Of a DNA stretch of 64,000 nt, positions 36,506 to 49,700 are shown in pieces. The notes below the pieces were generated by a model. That model ran no database searches. It had not been told where the DNA came from and was given only the letters and a program-made list of their open reading frames with translations. Position numbers and translations under genes: made by a program. How positions within the stretch are numbered: the stretch's first letter is position 1; each line of letters begins with the position of its first letter. The DNA is taken from NCBI GenBank assembly GCA_030265395.1, contig JARFYF010000055.1:18098483-18162482 (forward strand). Reading direction: 5' to 3'. The DNA comes from Rhina ancylostomus. Lineage: Eukaryota.

Positions 36506-36899
36506 TCATGCATGGCCTTGGCTTTAAACTGGATATTCTATTGTGAGGCACAGATGGACTGAAGTCTATGCACAGACCATCTATTCATTACCTAAGTGAA
36601 TTAATCATTGCCTGACCAACTCCATAGTTTAATACAAAACTTTGACATGAACAAAGAAACCTTAAAAGTGTATACTTTTCATATTGAATGATCTTGTCAG
36701 AGTACATCTGCCAATTTTCCAATTGCAGATCTCGTTCTTGATGGGCTTTCATTTGGAGGCAAATTGGTTTTGATAGGCTGGGAAACTTCATTAAATGGGC
36801 TAATGGTGCATTGGTAATAGATAATATTAAACAAAATATACATGAATTACAGCAAGTATTCATTCCTTTTGGGCTCATCCATGGCTTATAAAGGAAATT

Positions 36900-38620
36900 A
36901 GGGATAGTTTCATCTCTAAAGATGAGCCATATCAATTTCAAGAAAAAGTAGTAGCATGAGGAATGGGTGCAGTGTAGAATTCAGCAAAGGAGGACAAAAA
37001 TATTAATTAAGAGGGGGAAGATGGATGAGAATAAACCTACATTGAACATAATAACTGACCATGAAAGTTTCTATAAATTTGTGAAGAGACAAATGTAGAT
37101 GCTCTACAGTCAGTGGAAATTATAATTGGTAACAAAGATATGGCAGAACAATTAAACACATACTTTGGTTCTGACTTCACAAAGGAGGACACAAATAACC
37201 TCCCAGTTATGTTAGGGAACTAAGAGACAGAGGAGCTGAAGGACATCTGTATCAGTATTAGTGAAGCCATAGTGTTAGGGAAACTAATGGAGCTATACAC
37301 TGACAAATCCCTAGGGTCTGATAATCCACATACCACAGAACTAAAGGAAATGGTCCTGGAAATAATGAATGCAGCCATGGTCTCTTCCAAAATTTGTTTG
37401 ACTCTGTAGTAGTTCCTGTATGGGGCAAATGAAACCTCACTATTTAAAAAAGGAGGTAGTGAAAAAAGAAGCCAGTAATTACAGACCATTTTTTGAGGTA
37501 GAATAGATACGGGAGAGCCAGTCTTTGTCCTGTAATTGTCTTTTGATAAGGTCCCAAATAAAAAGTTTGTGAATGCATGAAATTGGGTTTAATATCCTGG
37601 CAGGGATTGAGAACTGGTAGACTGACGGGAGACAGAGTAGGAATAAATTGGTCTTTATCTGGGTGGCAGGGAGTGACTAGTGGTGTGCTGAAGAGATAAT
37701 TTCTTGGGCCCCGGCTGTTCACAATATATATGAATGATTCAGATGAAGGAACTAAATGTAACATTTCCAGTTTTGCAGATGACACAAAGCTGTGGGAGAA
37801 CGTGAATCGCAAGGAGAGTGCATAGAGGTTCCAATATGATTTGAACAATTTGGGTGAGTGGCAGATGCAGTGTAACATGAATAAGTGTGAAATTATATAC
37901 TTTAGTTCTAAAAACAGAGAAAATATATCATCCAAATAGAACAGATTGGGAAACAGGCAGGTGCAACAAATCCTGGTATTCTTATAAACCAGTTACTGAA
38001 AGCCAGTGCTATGTTTTTATTCATTGCAAGAGGATTTGAGTGCAGGAGCAAGAATGTCTTCTCAGCTGCACAAGGCCTTGGTGAGACCCATTTGGAATCT
38101 TGTGTCTAGGTTTTCTCCCCTTATTTGGGGAGGAATGTTCTTGCCAAGTGTGATGAAGTTTTACTAGACTGATTGGGATGATTGGACTGATGTATGAGGA
38201 GAGATTGGGCCAATCATGCCTACATTCATTAGAGTTCAAATGTATTGTTCTATATTTGAATGAGAGGAATTGTCATAGAAACCTATAAAATTCCAGCAAT
38301 AATCAACAGATGAGATCTGGAATGGACATTCCTGATGGCTGAAGAGTTCAGAGCCAGTGGTCACAATCTCGGGATATGGGGAATGCCTTTTATAACTGAG
38401 ATCAGAAAGAAATATTTTCAGAGGGTGGTGAGCCTGTGGAATTCTCTACCACAGAAAACAATGGAAGCCAAGTTGTTAAGTATGTTCAAGAAGGAGGTAG
38501 ATATATTTCTTGATGCTAAAGAGATCAAGGGATATGGGAAGAGGACACTGAAGTCTTGGATGGTGGACCAAGCCCGAAGAGTATTGGCCTAGTTCTTGTT
38601 CCTATTTTCTAAGTTTCTTT
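36900..38620 (+). mobile_element. Old CR1 LINE ORF2 pseudogene with 3' tail
   Basis: DKSLGSDNPH, VTSGVL...LGPRLFTIYMND, ISSFADDTKL and FQRVVSLWNSLPQ, with many stops. Confidence 0.88.
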
Positions 38621-38699
38621 TTCTAAGTAAATATTTTTGAGTCAGTTTTCAGTTAATTTTCTCAGACTAATTTTATTTAACCAATCATTTTTGTTTTGT

Positions 38700-41152
38700 G
38701 TTCTCTGGTTTCTTAAATCAATTTGTAGATAGTCCAACGAGAGGAGGGGTTGTACTGGACCTGGTGTTGGGTAACAAACCTGGNNNNNNNNNNNNNNNNN
38801 NNNNNNNNNNNNNNNNNNNNNNNNNNNNNNNNNNNNNNNNNNNNNNNNNNNNNNNNNNNNNNNNNNNNNNNNNNNNNNNNNNNCCAACCTTTCAGTGGGA
38901 GAACAGTTAGGGAACAGTGACCACAGTGATCACAACTCCTGAAGTTTTAGGACAGCTATAGATTAGGATAAGTATGGACACTGCAGGAGAATATTAAATT
39001 GGAGCAAGGCAATTACAAGAGCATTAGGCTAGGGAGAAATAATTGGGAACAGCTGTTTTTGGCCAAGTCCACATCTGACATGTGGAGGTGTTTAAGGACC
39101 AACTGCACAGTAAGAAGGAAGGACAAGGATGTAAGATAAGAGAATGTTGGATGTTGAGAGAGATGGTGAATGTAGTCAAGAATAAAAAGAAATATATAAA
39201 GCTTAGGAAGCTGGGATTAAACAGAGCACTTGAGAACTATAAAGAAGCCAGAAAGGAACTCAAGAAGGGGATTAGGAAAGCCAAGACGAGCCATGAGAAG
39301 CCCTTGGCAAGTAGGATTAAAGAGAATTCCAAGGCATTCTATATATACAAGAGCAAGAGGATAACTAGGGAGGGGGTAGGACCACTCAAGGATAAAGGAT
39401 GGAACATGTGCTTTGAACTGGAGGATGTGGGTGAGGTCCCTAATGAGTATTTTGCATCAGTATTTACCAAGGAGAAAGACATGGAGGATAGGGAGATGAG
39501 TGTGGAGCTTTTTGAGATAAAGGAGGAGGTAGTGTTGGGTCAGGTAGTTTAGGTAAGAGCATTAAGGTGGATAAGTCCCCAGGGCTTGATGGGATATACC
39601 CCGGTTTATTGAGAGAGTCAAGAGACAAGATTGCTGGGGCCTTGACTAATACATTCATGTCCNNNNNNNNNNNNNNNNNNNNNNNNNNNNNNNNNNNNNN
39701 NNNNNNNNNNNNNNNNNNNNNNNNNNNNNNNNNNNNNNNNNNNNNNNNNNNNNNNNNNNNNNNNNNNNNNNNNNNNNNNNNNNNNNNNNNNNNNNNNNNN
39801 NNNNNNNNNNNNNNNNNNNNNNNNNNNNNNNNNNNNNNNNNNNNNNNNNNNNNNNNNNNNNNNNNNNNNNNNNNNNNNNNNNNNNNNNNNNNNNNNNNNN
39901 NNNNNNNNNNNNNNNNNNNNNNNNNNNNNNNNNNNNNNNNNNNNNNNNNNNNNNNNNNNNNNNNNNNNNNNNNNNNNNNNNNNNNNNNNNNNNNNNNNNN
40001 NNNNNNNNNNNNNNNNNNNNNNNNNNNNNNNNNNNNNNNNNNNNNNNNNNNNNNNNNNNNNNNNNNNNNNNNNNNNNNNNNNNNNNNNNNNNNNNNNNNN
40101 NNNNNNNNNNNNNNNNNNNNNNNNNNNNNNNNNNNNNNNNNNNNNNNNNNNNNNNNNNNNNNNNNNNNNNNNNNNNNNNNNNNNNNNNNNNNNNNNNNNN
40201 NNNNNNNNNNNNNNNNNNNNNNNNNNNNNNNNNNNNNNNNNNNNNNNNNNNNNNNNNNNNNNNNNNNNNNNNNNNNNNNNNNNNNNNNNNNNNNNNNNNN
40301 NNNNNNNNNNNNNNNNNNNNNNNNNNNNNNNNNNNNNNNNNNNNNNNNNNNNNNNNNNNNNNNNNNNNNNNNNNNNNNNNNNTGTTAATGGCAAGACCCT
40401 TAACAGTGTTGATGAACAGAGGGATCTTGGGGTCCAAGTTCATAGCTCCCTGAAAGTGGCTACACAAGTTGATAGGCTAGTGAAGAAGCCATACAACATG
40501 CTTGCCTTCATTAGTTGAGGTATTGGGTTCAAGAGTCAGGAAGCTATGCTGCAGCTTTATAAAACTTCAGTTTGGCTGCATCTGGAATATTACATTCAAT
40601 TCTGGTCACCCCATCATAGGAAGGATGTTGAAGCTTTGGAGAGGGTGCAGAAGAGGTTTACCAAGATGCTGCCAGGATTAGAGGGCATGTACTATGAGGA
40701 TAGTTGGACAAACTTGGGTTGTTCTCTCTGGAGTGGCGGAGGCTGAGAGAAGATCTGACAGAGATTTATAAGATTATGAGAAGCATAGCTAGAGTAGACA
40801 GCCAGTATCTTTTCCCCAGGGTTGAAGTGTCTAATACCAGAGGGCATTCATTTAAGGTGATAGGCAGTAAGTTCAAAGGTGATGTGAGGGTTAAGTTTTT
40901 TACACAGTAAGTGGTGGGTGCCTAGAGGTGCTGCCTGGGGTGGTGGTAGAGGCAAATATGATAGGGGCGTTCAAGAAGCTCTCAGATAGGCACATTATAC
41001 GTGAAGGAAATGGTAGGATACGGACATTGCTTAGGCAGAAGGGATTAGTTTAGTTGGGAATTTTATTACTAATGTAATTGATTCGGCACAACATTATGGG
41101 CCAAAGGGCCTATTCCTGTGCTGTACTGTTCTATGTTCTATGTTCTATGTTC
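38700..41152 (+). mobile_element. Younger CR1 LINE ORF2 (frameshifted, two gaps) with (TTCTATG)n tail
   Basis: FLNQFVDSPTRGGVVLDLVLGN, DKSPGLDGIYP, HLEYYIQFWSPH..KDVEALERVQKRFTKM and NTRGHSFKV. Confidence 0.93.
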
Positions 41153-41352
41153 TTGACCTTCTGCCAATGGGACCAGTTTCTCTCTATGCACTCTGTCTAT
41201 ATTCTTCATGATTTGAAATAGCTCTATTAGATCTCCTTATAACTTGCCCCATTCCACAAAGACAACACCCAGCTTCTCCAGTCTACCCACATAATTAAAA
41301 TTCCTCATCCCTGGAATCATCTTAATAAATTTTTTCTGCACCCTCTCTATAG
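41153..41352 (-). mobile_element. CR1 fragment
   Basis: IERVQKKFIKMIPGMRNFNYVGRLEKLG. Confidence 0.8.
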
Positions 41353-41354
41353 TT

Positions 41355-41577
41355 GGAGTATGTAAGGATTTTGTGTGTTCTCCCCATGCCTGTGTGGGTT
41401 TCCTATGGGTGCTCCTGTTTCCTCCCACATTCCAAAGACATACAGGTTAGGAGCTGTGGTCATGGTATGTTGGCGCTGGAAGAGTGGCAACACTTGTGGG
41501 CTGCCCCCAGCACACTCTCAGTAACGCAAAAAGACACATTTGACTGTGTGTTTTGATGTACACGTGACTAATAAATA
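41355..41577 (+). mobile_element. V-domain SINE (HE1-like)
   Basis: GTGTGGGTTTCCTATGGGTGCTCCTGTTTCCTCCCACATTCCAAAGAC; same tail as 1-232. Confidence 0.85.
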
Positions 41578-41674
41578 CATTTCTAAAATATCTAAATAAT
41601 TTTACTCTTTTTTTTCTCTGACTAGATCCACCTTTTCTGTTACAACCCTTTTCCCATTCAATAGAATTTTTTGG

Positions 41675-41820
41675 AGACACAAGAGACTTTAGATGCTGGA
41701 ATCTGGAGCAACAAAAAATCTGCTGGAGGAACTCAGTTGGTCATGCAGCATCTGTGGGAGAAAAGGAATCGTTGACGTTTCGGATCCTGATGCAGGGTTT
41801 TGACCCAAAATATAGACAAT
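41675..41820. mobile_element. Penelope-derived terminal-repeat element
   Basis: GATGCTGGAATCTGGAGCAAC...GCTGGAGGAACTCAG...GACGTTTCGG..CTGATGCAGGGTTTTGACCC. Confidence 0.75.
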
Positions 41821-44599
41821 AGAGTTTTTTGATTCCCTTTTATGTTGCTCACAATTTACTCCTGTGCTCTCTTTTATATCTCCCTTATTTTCTTTTTTTA
41901 CTTCCCTTCTCAATTTCCTGCAGACAGCCTAGTTCACATCAATGTTAACAACTTGACATCTTCTGTATGCTCTATTTTATTCTCTACATTTTTGTTCATC
42001 CAGGAAGATCTGGTTTTAATATCCTCACCCTTCTTCCTCATGTGAAGATACTTGGACTGCTGTGAGACATATCCATCTTTAACAGCAAGTCAAGTTCACT
42101 TGCAGTGTTCACAAGGGAGCTGGAAATGTGCCTGAAGAATTTGTGGGGCTATGAGGAGAGGATAGGGAAGTGAGACCAGCTAGTCTGTTCATACGTGTAA
42201 TTGAATAGCCTCTTTCTGTGCTCTAATCTTTTTAATTGATTCTGCAATTCTATGATATTGATACCTCTTCCAAATTCAGTTACGTATTTCTTTTCTGTAG
42301 CTCATACATACTATTTAATCAATTTTTTCCTGATTTTGGTATCTTTTCCATTCATTGTAACCTGTGTTTATTTTAGCCTTACTTTATAGTCATAGACTCA
42401 TCCACCACAGAAGCAAACCCTTTGGTCTGCATTGTCCACGCTGTTCATCAAATACCCACCTATGCTCATCCCATTTTCCAGTACTTGGTCCATTGCCGAG
42501 GCATCTCAAATGCTTGTCCAGATACTTCTTAAATATTGTGAGCATCTCTGCTTCCACAATGCCCCATGCTGTGGTTCTGGATAACTACAGCATATAGGGA
42601 CAAGTGAAAGTCAACTCGACCAGAGCAGCAGTGTTCTGAGAGGAGTATGTGATTTATAATGTGCACCAATTTTCATTTTCTAAAAAAAATAAATAAATTA
42701 TACATAACGTAAACATCCTGCAAATGTAACACTTACTCCATCCCATTTTGCTGATAACAGCCTTGTTGCTAAGAAAACAACATGCCCTCCCACTCATGGT
42801 AAGCAGCCCTACAGGTGACCTGCTGGTACACTTAGAATAATAGAATCATAGTGCAGGGGAACAGGCCTTTTGGCCATCGAGTCCAAGCTGACATCAAGCA
42901 CTTATTTACCCTAATCATACCCCTGGCCTAATTTATTTTCCTCACTTTTCTTCTTAGTTCTTTCTAATGTTGCCCTAAATATTTATAATAAGTGGCTATC
43001 TTGAATGATCATTGCCCTCAGCACGTGCTGTTTCAGAGGATGCTTGTGTTTCAGATAAAGTAAAATAAACGAATTCCTTCTGAGTAATCTCTGTGCATTT
43101 TGGTATCCAGATGCAGAAGCAGAAAAATCAATGAAAACATTAACTAAAAAGGTTAATGGATTTCTATTTAAAATTTCTGGATGAACACAGATAATTTAAA
43201 GAGAACAATATTGTAGTCCTTTAAGGTATGGGCTGTGACAAAGGTGATCTGGAGCTGAGTTTTGAAGGGGGAAGGGGGGGGGGGGAAATAAGACGTGACA
43301 GAAACTAATGCAAGAATAGATTTCATCTTTTACAAGAAGCACCCTCATATCCTGTTTGATGTTGTGTTCAGCTCTGTGATGCATAAGTAATACCAGTAAG
43401 AGAAGTTTTTATTTACAAAGATTCTTAAATATCTCTGGGAAATAAAACTAGTCTTTAAGGACCCCTGAGAAACCAGGTCTGCTGGTAAACTGGTTGATCG
43501 TACTACTGAAACCACATCCTCACTTCACCTTATATCAACATTGATGGCAAGTGAGTAACTTTCGGCACTGAAAGACTCTAAAAGGACTTATTCACTTAGA
43601 ACTTAAAAATAAGCATAAAAGTGGTGCCTTTGATACTTCCTGTTCTCATAAGGATTTTCTCATTAAGCCTTCTGCAGTTTTGTTGAAGATTTTTCAAAAC
43701 TTCATCTGAATCAGAATCCAATTTGATACGAATACTTTAGACTTTGCTGTATTCTTTAGCTAAACATAGATCATACAATTCTAAATCAATAACTCATTAG
43801 TTTCTGTTATTTTCTATGAAATCACAAACTATGTAGATGAGGAGTGTTTGGGAGCATGAAGCAGAATGTTCTGTACTGAGCTGATGTTCACCTTTGTTCC
43901 TGGCTGAGGATTTACTTTTTTAGACGAGGGGCCTGTTCCTGCACTGTACTGTTCTATTTTCTATGTCCATTGTACTTTGATTTTCCACCAGGGAAGGTTT
44001 GGGGACGAAAAGCACTGCCTGATGTTTAGGTTCTTTCCTTCAATTAATGTCACTAAAACTTAGTGCTATTTAATTGTAGCTTTCCAAGATATGCTCTATT
44101 CTTTTTATTTTCCCTTTGAAGCAGCAGTTCCTAACTTCAACGAGTTATCTATAAGAATGACACACAAGAAAAGCATATACTGTACTTTTAGGGTTGAAAA
44201 TGTTTTACTTGTTAATTCATAATGGATTTGTTGCTAACACTGAAGAAAATGATGTCAACTCATTTGCGTTCTGCTTCATTGTAAGCTCTCTGATTGGTGA
44301 GTGCAATGCACATGCACATATTCCTTTCTTTGGATTTGAGCAATGTAGAGATCTAAAGAAAAACAAAACTGATATAAAAAGTCCAACTGTTTTTTTCATC
44401 TTTACACTGTACATATGTGTGCAAATGTCATACATGTATTTGACACATTAGCAATATATCACTTTGCAGATTTAACCTGAGCTGCATTGATTTTCTGGAA
44501 GGAACTTGCGTCAGTGAGATTGTGTCCACTTCTTGACTCAATTCACTGGAACCTTGTGTTGTTTTTTTCATTGTCTTCAATATATCAACATGTGCAATA

Positions 44600-46700
44600 C
44601 ACTCACAATCATGTGAAGCTCTTTTATTTTCTTGCTGGAATTAAATGTACCTATGTATCCTTTTGATTGTATCTCCTAGTTCCACAAGATATCCCATTAT
44701 ATCTCGTACTTCAATTATCATTCCAAAATCCCATTTCTGATTTGCAAGGTAGTATTTAGCTCAAAAATACTATAGTTTCTCTGCATAGCTCGAGTTTTAA
44801 GTTTCTAGCTCAGCTACTTTCCTTTCACTCTTTCCTCACTAGGTTCCCCTTAATTATGTTCTGAATCTTCTACATATTAGTAACTCATCAGAAATGTAAG
44901 CTGATATGAATGTGGGGTTGTTCTGTAATTTAGCAAAATGTTTCTAATCATTGCCTCGTTATTAAATCTTGAAGATCCTTGTAACACTTGTTCCCTCAGA
45001 GCTTCTTTGACAAATCTCATTGCTTTCTCAGCTGCACCATTTGATCATGGATGATGAAATAAAATGTCCCTAACTCCATGTTGTTTAATGTGCTTAGATA
45101 GAAATGAACAAAACTGATGGCTGTTATTGAGGCTGGTTCTTTTGGTTAGCCATGACACGAGTGAATAGATCTCATGCTATTTTGTAGACTCAACCTTCAT
45201 CTACTTTAAGTAACTATCAATGTGTACCAAGAGGTTATCAAACCCCTTCTTTCAATAATCATTGTGCTCCCTTTGAAAAGGTCTCATGTGCCATTTCCAA
45301 CTCTGTAAAGGTGTCTTTGCCAGCTCGGCTCCACAATCATGACAGATAGGCACTTGTTCAGTAGCTCTTCCAAGCCAAGTCAACAAACAAAACTCTTGGC
45401 TGTTGCCACCATTCTCACAATGCCAGAATGTTCAGTGTGAGGATCTTTCAACAATACAGTTGATATGACAACTCAATGCACTCCTTTAAAGGAAATTTCT
45501 TCTGTTAGCAATTCAAGTTATTGGTCTGATGATATTATGGTCTCATGTCTTCATCCAGATATTTGTCTAATTCAGTTCATTTTTAAAAATACATTTTTTG
45601 TATGCTTGTCTTCTCGGCTTTCTCCTTTACTGTAACTAGGAAATTATTTCCCACTATTTTCACTGAGTAGATCCTGGTTTCCACCATATTTTGGTCAGGG
45701 AGTTGTCCACCTTTGTATTGTTGCCTCAGTCATTGTCAGTATTGCATATATAAAACCCAAAGCTCCTAACAAAGGCTTATAATCTGTGATCAGGGTAAAA
45801 GGTATCTGCTCAATAGGATCCCTGCTGTCTGTCTTTAAAGTTCAGCTTTATATCTATGATGAAATTGTTTTTCCTTGATCATTTGCTTGTATTACTGATA
45901 TCAACTCCTGATCTAGAACTCAAAAGGTCTTGTACAAGTTTTAATGTACATGTTGTATCATGTACATTTCCTAGTCTCTTCTTATGTCATTTGCTTTTGT
46001 GGAGGCAAAAGGATAGTCAATATTCTCACCTGCCGAGTTCCTCCAGCAGTTTGCTTTTTACTTCAGGTTCCAGCATCTGCAGTTTTGTATGCCTCTTGCT
46101 GTTCTTGTGAATGATGACGTTCTTGTATTCTTCATTTGTGGTACTTGGCTGAACTGAGATATGTGTCCTTGACAATAAGGAATATTCTATTGCTGTGTCA
46201 ATGCTTACATTAATACGCTGTTCATTTAACAGGTCTGTGACTTCAAGTTGTTCTGTTTTCTACCGTCACTGCTAGTGGCATAAATGTACATAAACCCAAT
46301 TGTTCATTGTTCATGCTGGCTTCAATTATGTGTGGACTTCCTCCTTGTGGCTTCTTTCTGTGTAAACTTTCCTTCTTTAAAGAATTCACATTGATAGACT
46401 TGCATTGATTCATTACCTTAGTTTCAGACTAAGCATGCCAAGGAAATGTGTCTTTGGAATATAAAACACATTGTCATTATACATTGGTATACATGCTGTA
46501 GATGGCTTCTGTTTACTTCCGTTACATGACGTGTGGCAGTCTCATTACTTGCTTTGGATTTTTCTTTGGAACTCTTGTCACCTAATGGTTATAGACTGCC
46601 ATCAGATTCATTGGGCAAAATTCATCTCTATTGACATCATGATTTTACTTGCGAGATTAAATGTGAGTTTTTGTTTGTTTAATAACTTTAACTGAATTTG
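44600..46700 (-). mobile_element. Gypsy/Ty3 LTR-retrotransposon internal fossil (protease, RNase H end, integrase; RT largely missing)
   Basis: VNEQRINVSIDTA (protease, about 46190-46240), FTLITDYKPLLG (RNase H, about 45765-45800), HTEHSGIVRM..AKS and TPLQSWKW..RPFQR.H.D (integrase zinc-binding region), HP*SNGAAEKA (core, about 45021-45056). Confidence 0.8.
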
Positions 46701-47659
46701 CTTATCGGTTAAACCACAAACTTATCACATAATACACAGTTGAAAAAGACATGGAGGTGGCAGTGTTAAAATAGGACCTTGTATGAGACAATATATTCCC
46801 TGACTATCTCACTGAATTTTGATTTATAGTTTTCTGTTTGTAGCACTCCACAATTTCTGTTAATTTAAGATTGAAATGACCTGTGACATTTGTACCACTT
46901 TGCTAAATGAAACATGTTTTGCATACTAAGGTGTTTAAAAGTTTAGTAATGTAGTGTATGTTTCAGAACTAATTTCAGTCAGAAGAAGGCATTTTTTGTG
47001 CTTCTTTATAGCATCATCGTTTTGTGAATGCATATTCTCGCAATCAGCATCAATTTGCACAATGTAATATGCTGCAAAAGCATTTTTGTCTTTCTATGTA
47101 TGAACTGAAAGATTCTCACAGGCAATCGTTATACACCAAGGCTTCCAAAGTAACGTACATTGGTTTGAAAAGCCATTTTGTCCTATTCCTACTTGAAAGC
47201 ATGTAGTTTCTCCTTGAGGATTTCTACCCAGTATGTCAGTATTTTGCTGACTTTTTTTATCCAGATATTGTTCTTTCTTGAAGCATAGTTTTTTCTGAGG
47301 AATAAAACTAATCTTTGCACAAGGTCAAAGTTAAAAGAAGTTGTTGGCTTCCAGACTCACCCCATCACATATCTGCTCATGGTGTTGACCAGCATAAACA
47401 ATGTTTTTTTGGATCTTTTGTGCTTGTCACCAATTTGAAATGTTCTCTCCTTTGAACCTGAGAGGTGCACAGTTTATAGAAAAACAGGAAGGAATGGGGA
47501 AAACTATTAGAATACATGAATTTGATTTATTCAGCTTTTTAACTAGACAACGTACATCAGTATGCATCCAATATCCATATACACTACAATGAACAATCAA
47601 GTTATAGAAACAGATGGAAAGCTAACATGAATGGTAACGTGATACAGAAGTCTGAAGTC

Positions 47660-47967
47660 CCACACCACCAGGTTCAACAACAGCTACTTCCTTCAACCAT
47701 TCAGTTCTTGAACCAACCTGCACAACCCTAATCACTACCTCAGTATAGCAACACAATCAGACTTTGACCACTTTGCACTGCAATGGACTTTGTTTTTTTT
47801 TGTTCTAATTGTGTTCTTTCTTGTATAATTTTGTATAATTTATGTGTTTCTTGTGAATGTTGTGTAACCGATGCCATTTCCCTGTGATGATGCTGCAAGT
47901 AAGTTTTTCATTGTACCTGTGCATACGTGTACTTGTGCATGTGACAATAAACTTGACTTTGACTTTC
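47660..47967 (+). mobile_element. Rex1/Babar-type LINE 3' end
   Basis: ACCACCAGGTTCAACAACAGCTACTTCC (TTRFNNSYF) and tail GTGACAATAAACTTGACTTTGACTTT. Confidence 0.8.
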
Positions 47968-48409
47968 AAAACTAGCAATTAACAAGCAGGAATGGCAGGA
48001 CACGGGTTAGGGACAGGAGTGAAGATTAAATACCCATAATAATTTCCACTGCTGTCGACATTAGAAACTGTGTTCTGGTTCTCACAAGCTACCATTTTGC
48101 TCTTTCAAAATCAGTTGCTATTTCATAACATTTTTAAAAACTGCAAACAAGAGAAAATATTGCAAATTTTACCAAAAAAGAAACCAACAATTGTCATAAG
48201 GTATAAAAGAACCACATGAGTTCAGTAACTCGAGTCTGTGATGATCACAGGGGATTTCACAGCTGAATCATCACCAGTTTATTTGAGATTCTTTCAGATC
48301 TTATAAAATAATATTGAATATATATATTGATGGAGATTATATTCAGCCCTGGTACTTGCCCTTAAAAGCACAATTTTCACAGAACTTGGTTCCGTTGATT
48401 TCAAGAGAT

Positions 48410-49155
48410 GGCATTTTGAAGTACAAATGGGGTTTTTATTTGCAATTTTACAAAACAATAGTCAGGCTGCACTTGGAGTATTCTGTGCAGTTCAGGTTGC
48501 CACACACTAGGTAGGATGTGATGTGCTAGAATCTGTGCAAAAGAGATTCACCAGGATGTTGCCTGCATTGGAGGATGTTAGTCATAGGGAGGGATTGGAT
48601 AGGCTGGACTTGTTTTCCATGGAGCAAAAGAGGCTGAGGGGTGACTTGATATAAGTATATAAAATTATGAGGAACATAGGGTAGATAGTCAAAATCTTTT
48701 TCCCATGGGAGATGTATCAAAAAATAAGGCATAAAGTGAGAGAAAGAAATTTTAAAGGGGATAGAGTCATTGAGTTAGACACCATGGAAACAGGCCCTTT
48801 GGCCCAACTCGTCCATGCCACCCAAGGTGCCTTCCTGAGCTAGTCCCATTTCGTTGGATTTGGACCATATCCCTCTAAACCATTCCTATCTATGAACCTG
48901 ACCAAATGATCTGAGGGGTAAGTTTTTTACACAGTGGAGTGGGGGGGATCATGGGTTGATATTTGGAGCTAGCTGCCAGAGAAAGTGGTGAAATCAGATA
49001 CAATTGCTAAGTTTAAGTGGCATTTAGACGTGTACTTAAATAGACAAGCCATTGAAGGAAAAGCTGCAGAAGGATATTGCCCTAATGCTGGCAAATGGGA
49101 TTAGTGTAGATGGGCAAAAAAGTCAGCCTGGATGTGCTGTACAACCTCGTGACTT
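48410..49155 (+). mobile_element. CR1 3' fragment with a nested antisense CR1-tail insertion (about 48763-48908)
   Basis: LQFYKTIVRLHLEYSVQF and RLRGDL. TTTAAAGGGGAT|...|CTGAGGGGTAAG is split by the insert. Confidence 0.85.
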
Positions 49156-49529
49156 CATGAATTTAGATGCTTGAAAAGATGTGGAACTATTATTCTGTAC
49201 AAATTTGGATTTAGATTACATTTTGAGATGAACAGTGATAGAAGGTAAAAATAATAGGACTAAATTGAATGGAATTGATGTGTGACCTAGTGGCGACTTG
49301 ACCTAGTGAACAATGCACAAAGAATGTTTTGTGATTATAGAGTTTGATACCTGTAACTAGTCAGTATTAACTGTGCTTTTGTCAGCCTTAGTACACATCT
49401 ACTGAGCCCTGTTTCCTGAATGACTGGCACTATTTAGTCAATGATAAAGAAAGGTATCTAGCATTTGGTGTTGAGCTGTGACTTCTGCTGATATTGGGTT
49501 GTCCCACAGCTTCCTGGAACCATGACTGA

Positions 49530-49700
49530 AGATGGACAGAGTAAACACCCAGATATTGCAACATCTTGGTGGATAAGGTGCAGGGAAGGAAAGACACCCT
49601 CCACCCTCACTCAACCTCCCACTCATTGTTAGCAGATCAGATTGCTGGGAGTGTGCATTCTACAGAGGATAGCACATGCGTACAATGAGACATGGGACTC
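49530..49700 (+). mobile_element. Putative Harbinger Myb/SANT ORF2 fossil
   Basis: ILVDKVQGRKDTLHP...DQIAGSVHS resembles LV.EV..RRD.L.P...W.EIA..V.A. Confidence 0.3.

Noticed and set aside
37444-37935. 163-aa minus-strand ORF (also 61428-62066)
   Set aside because: Antisense shadow of CR1 ORF2.
39567-40467. Long ORFs of 258-273 aa
   Set aside because: N-gap inside a CR1 element.
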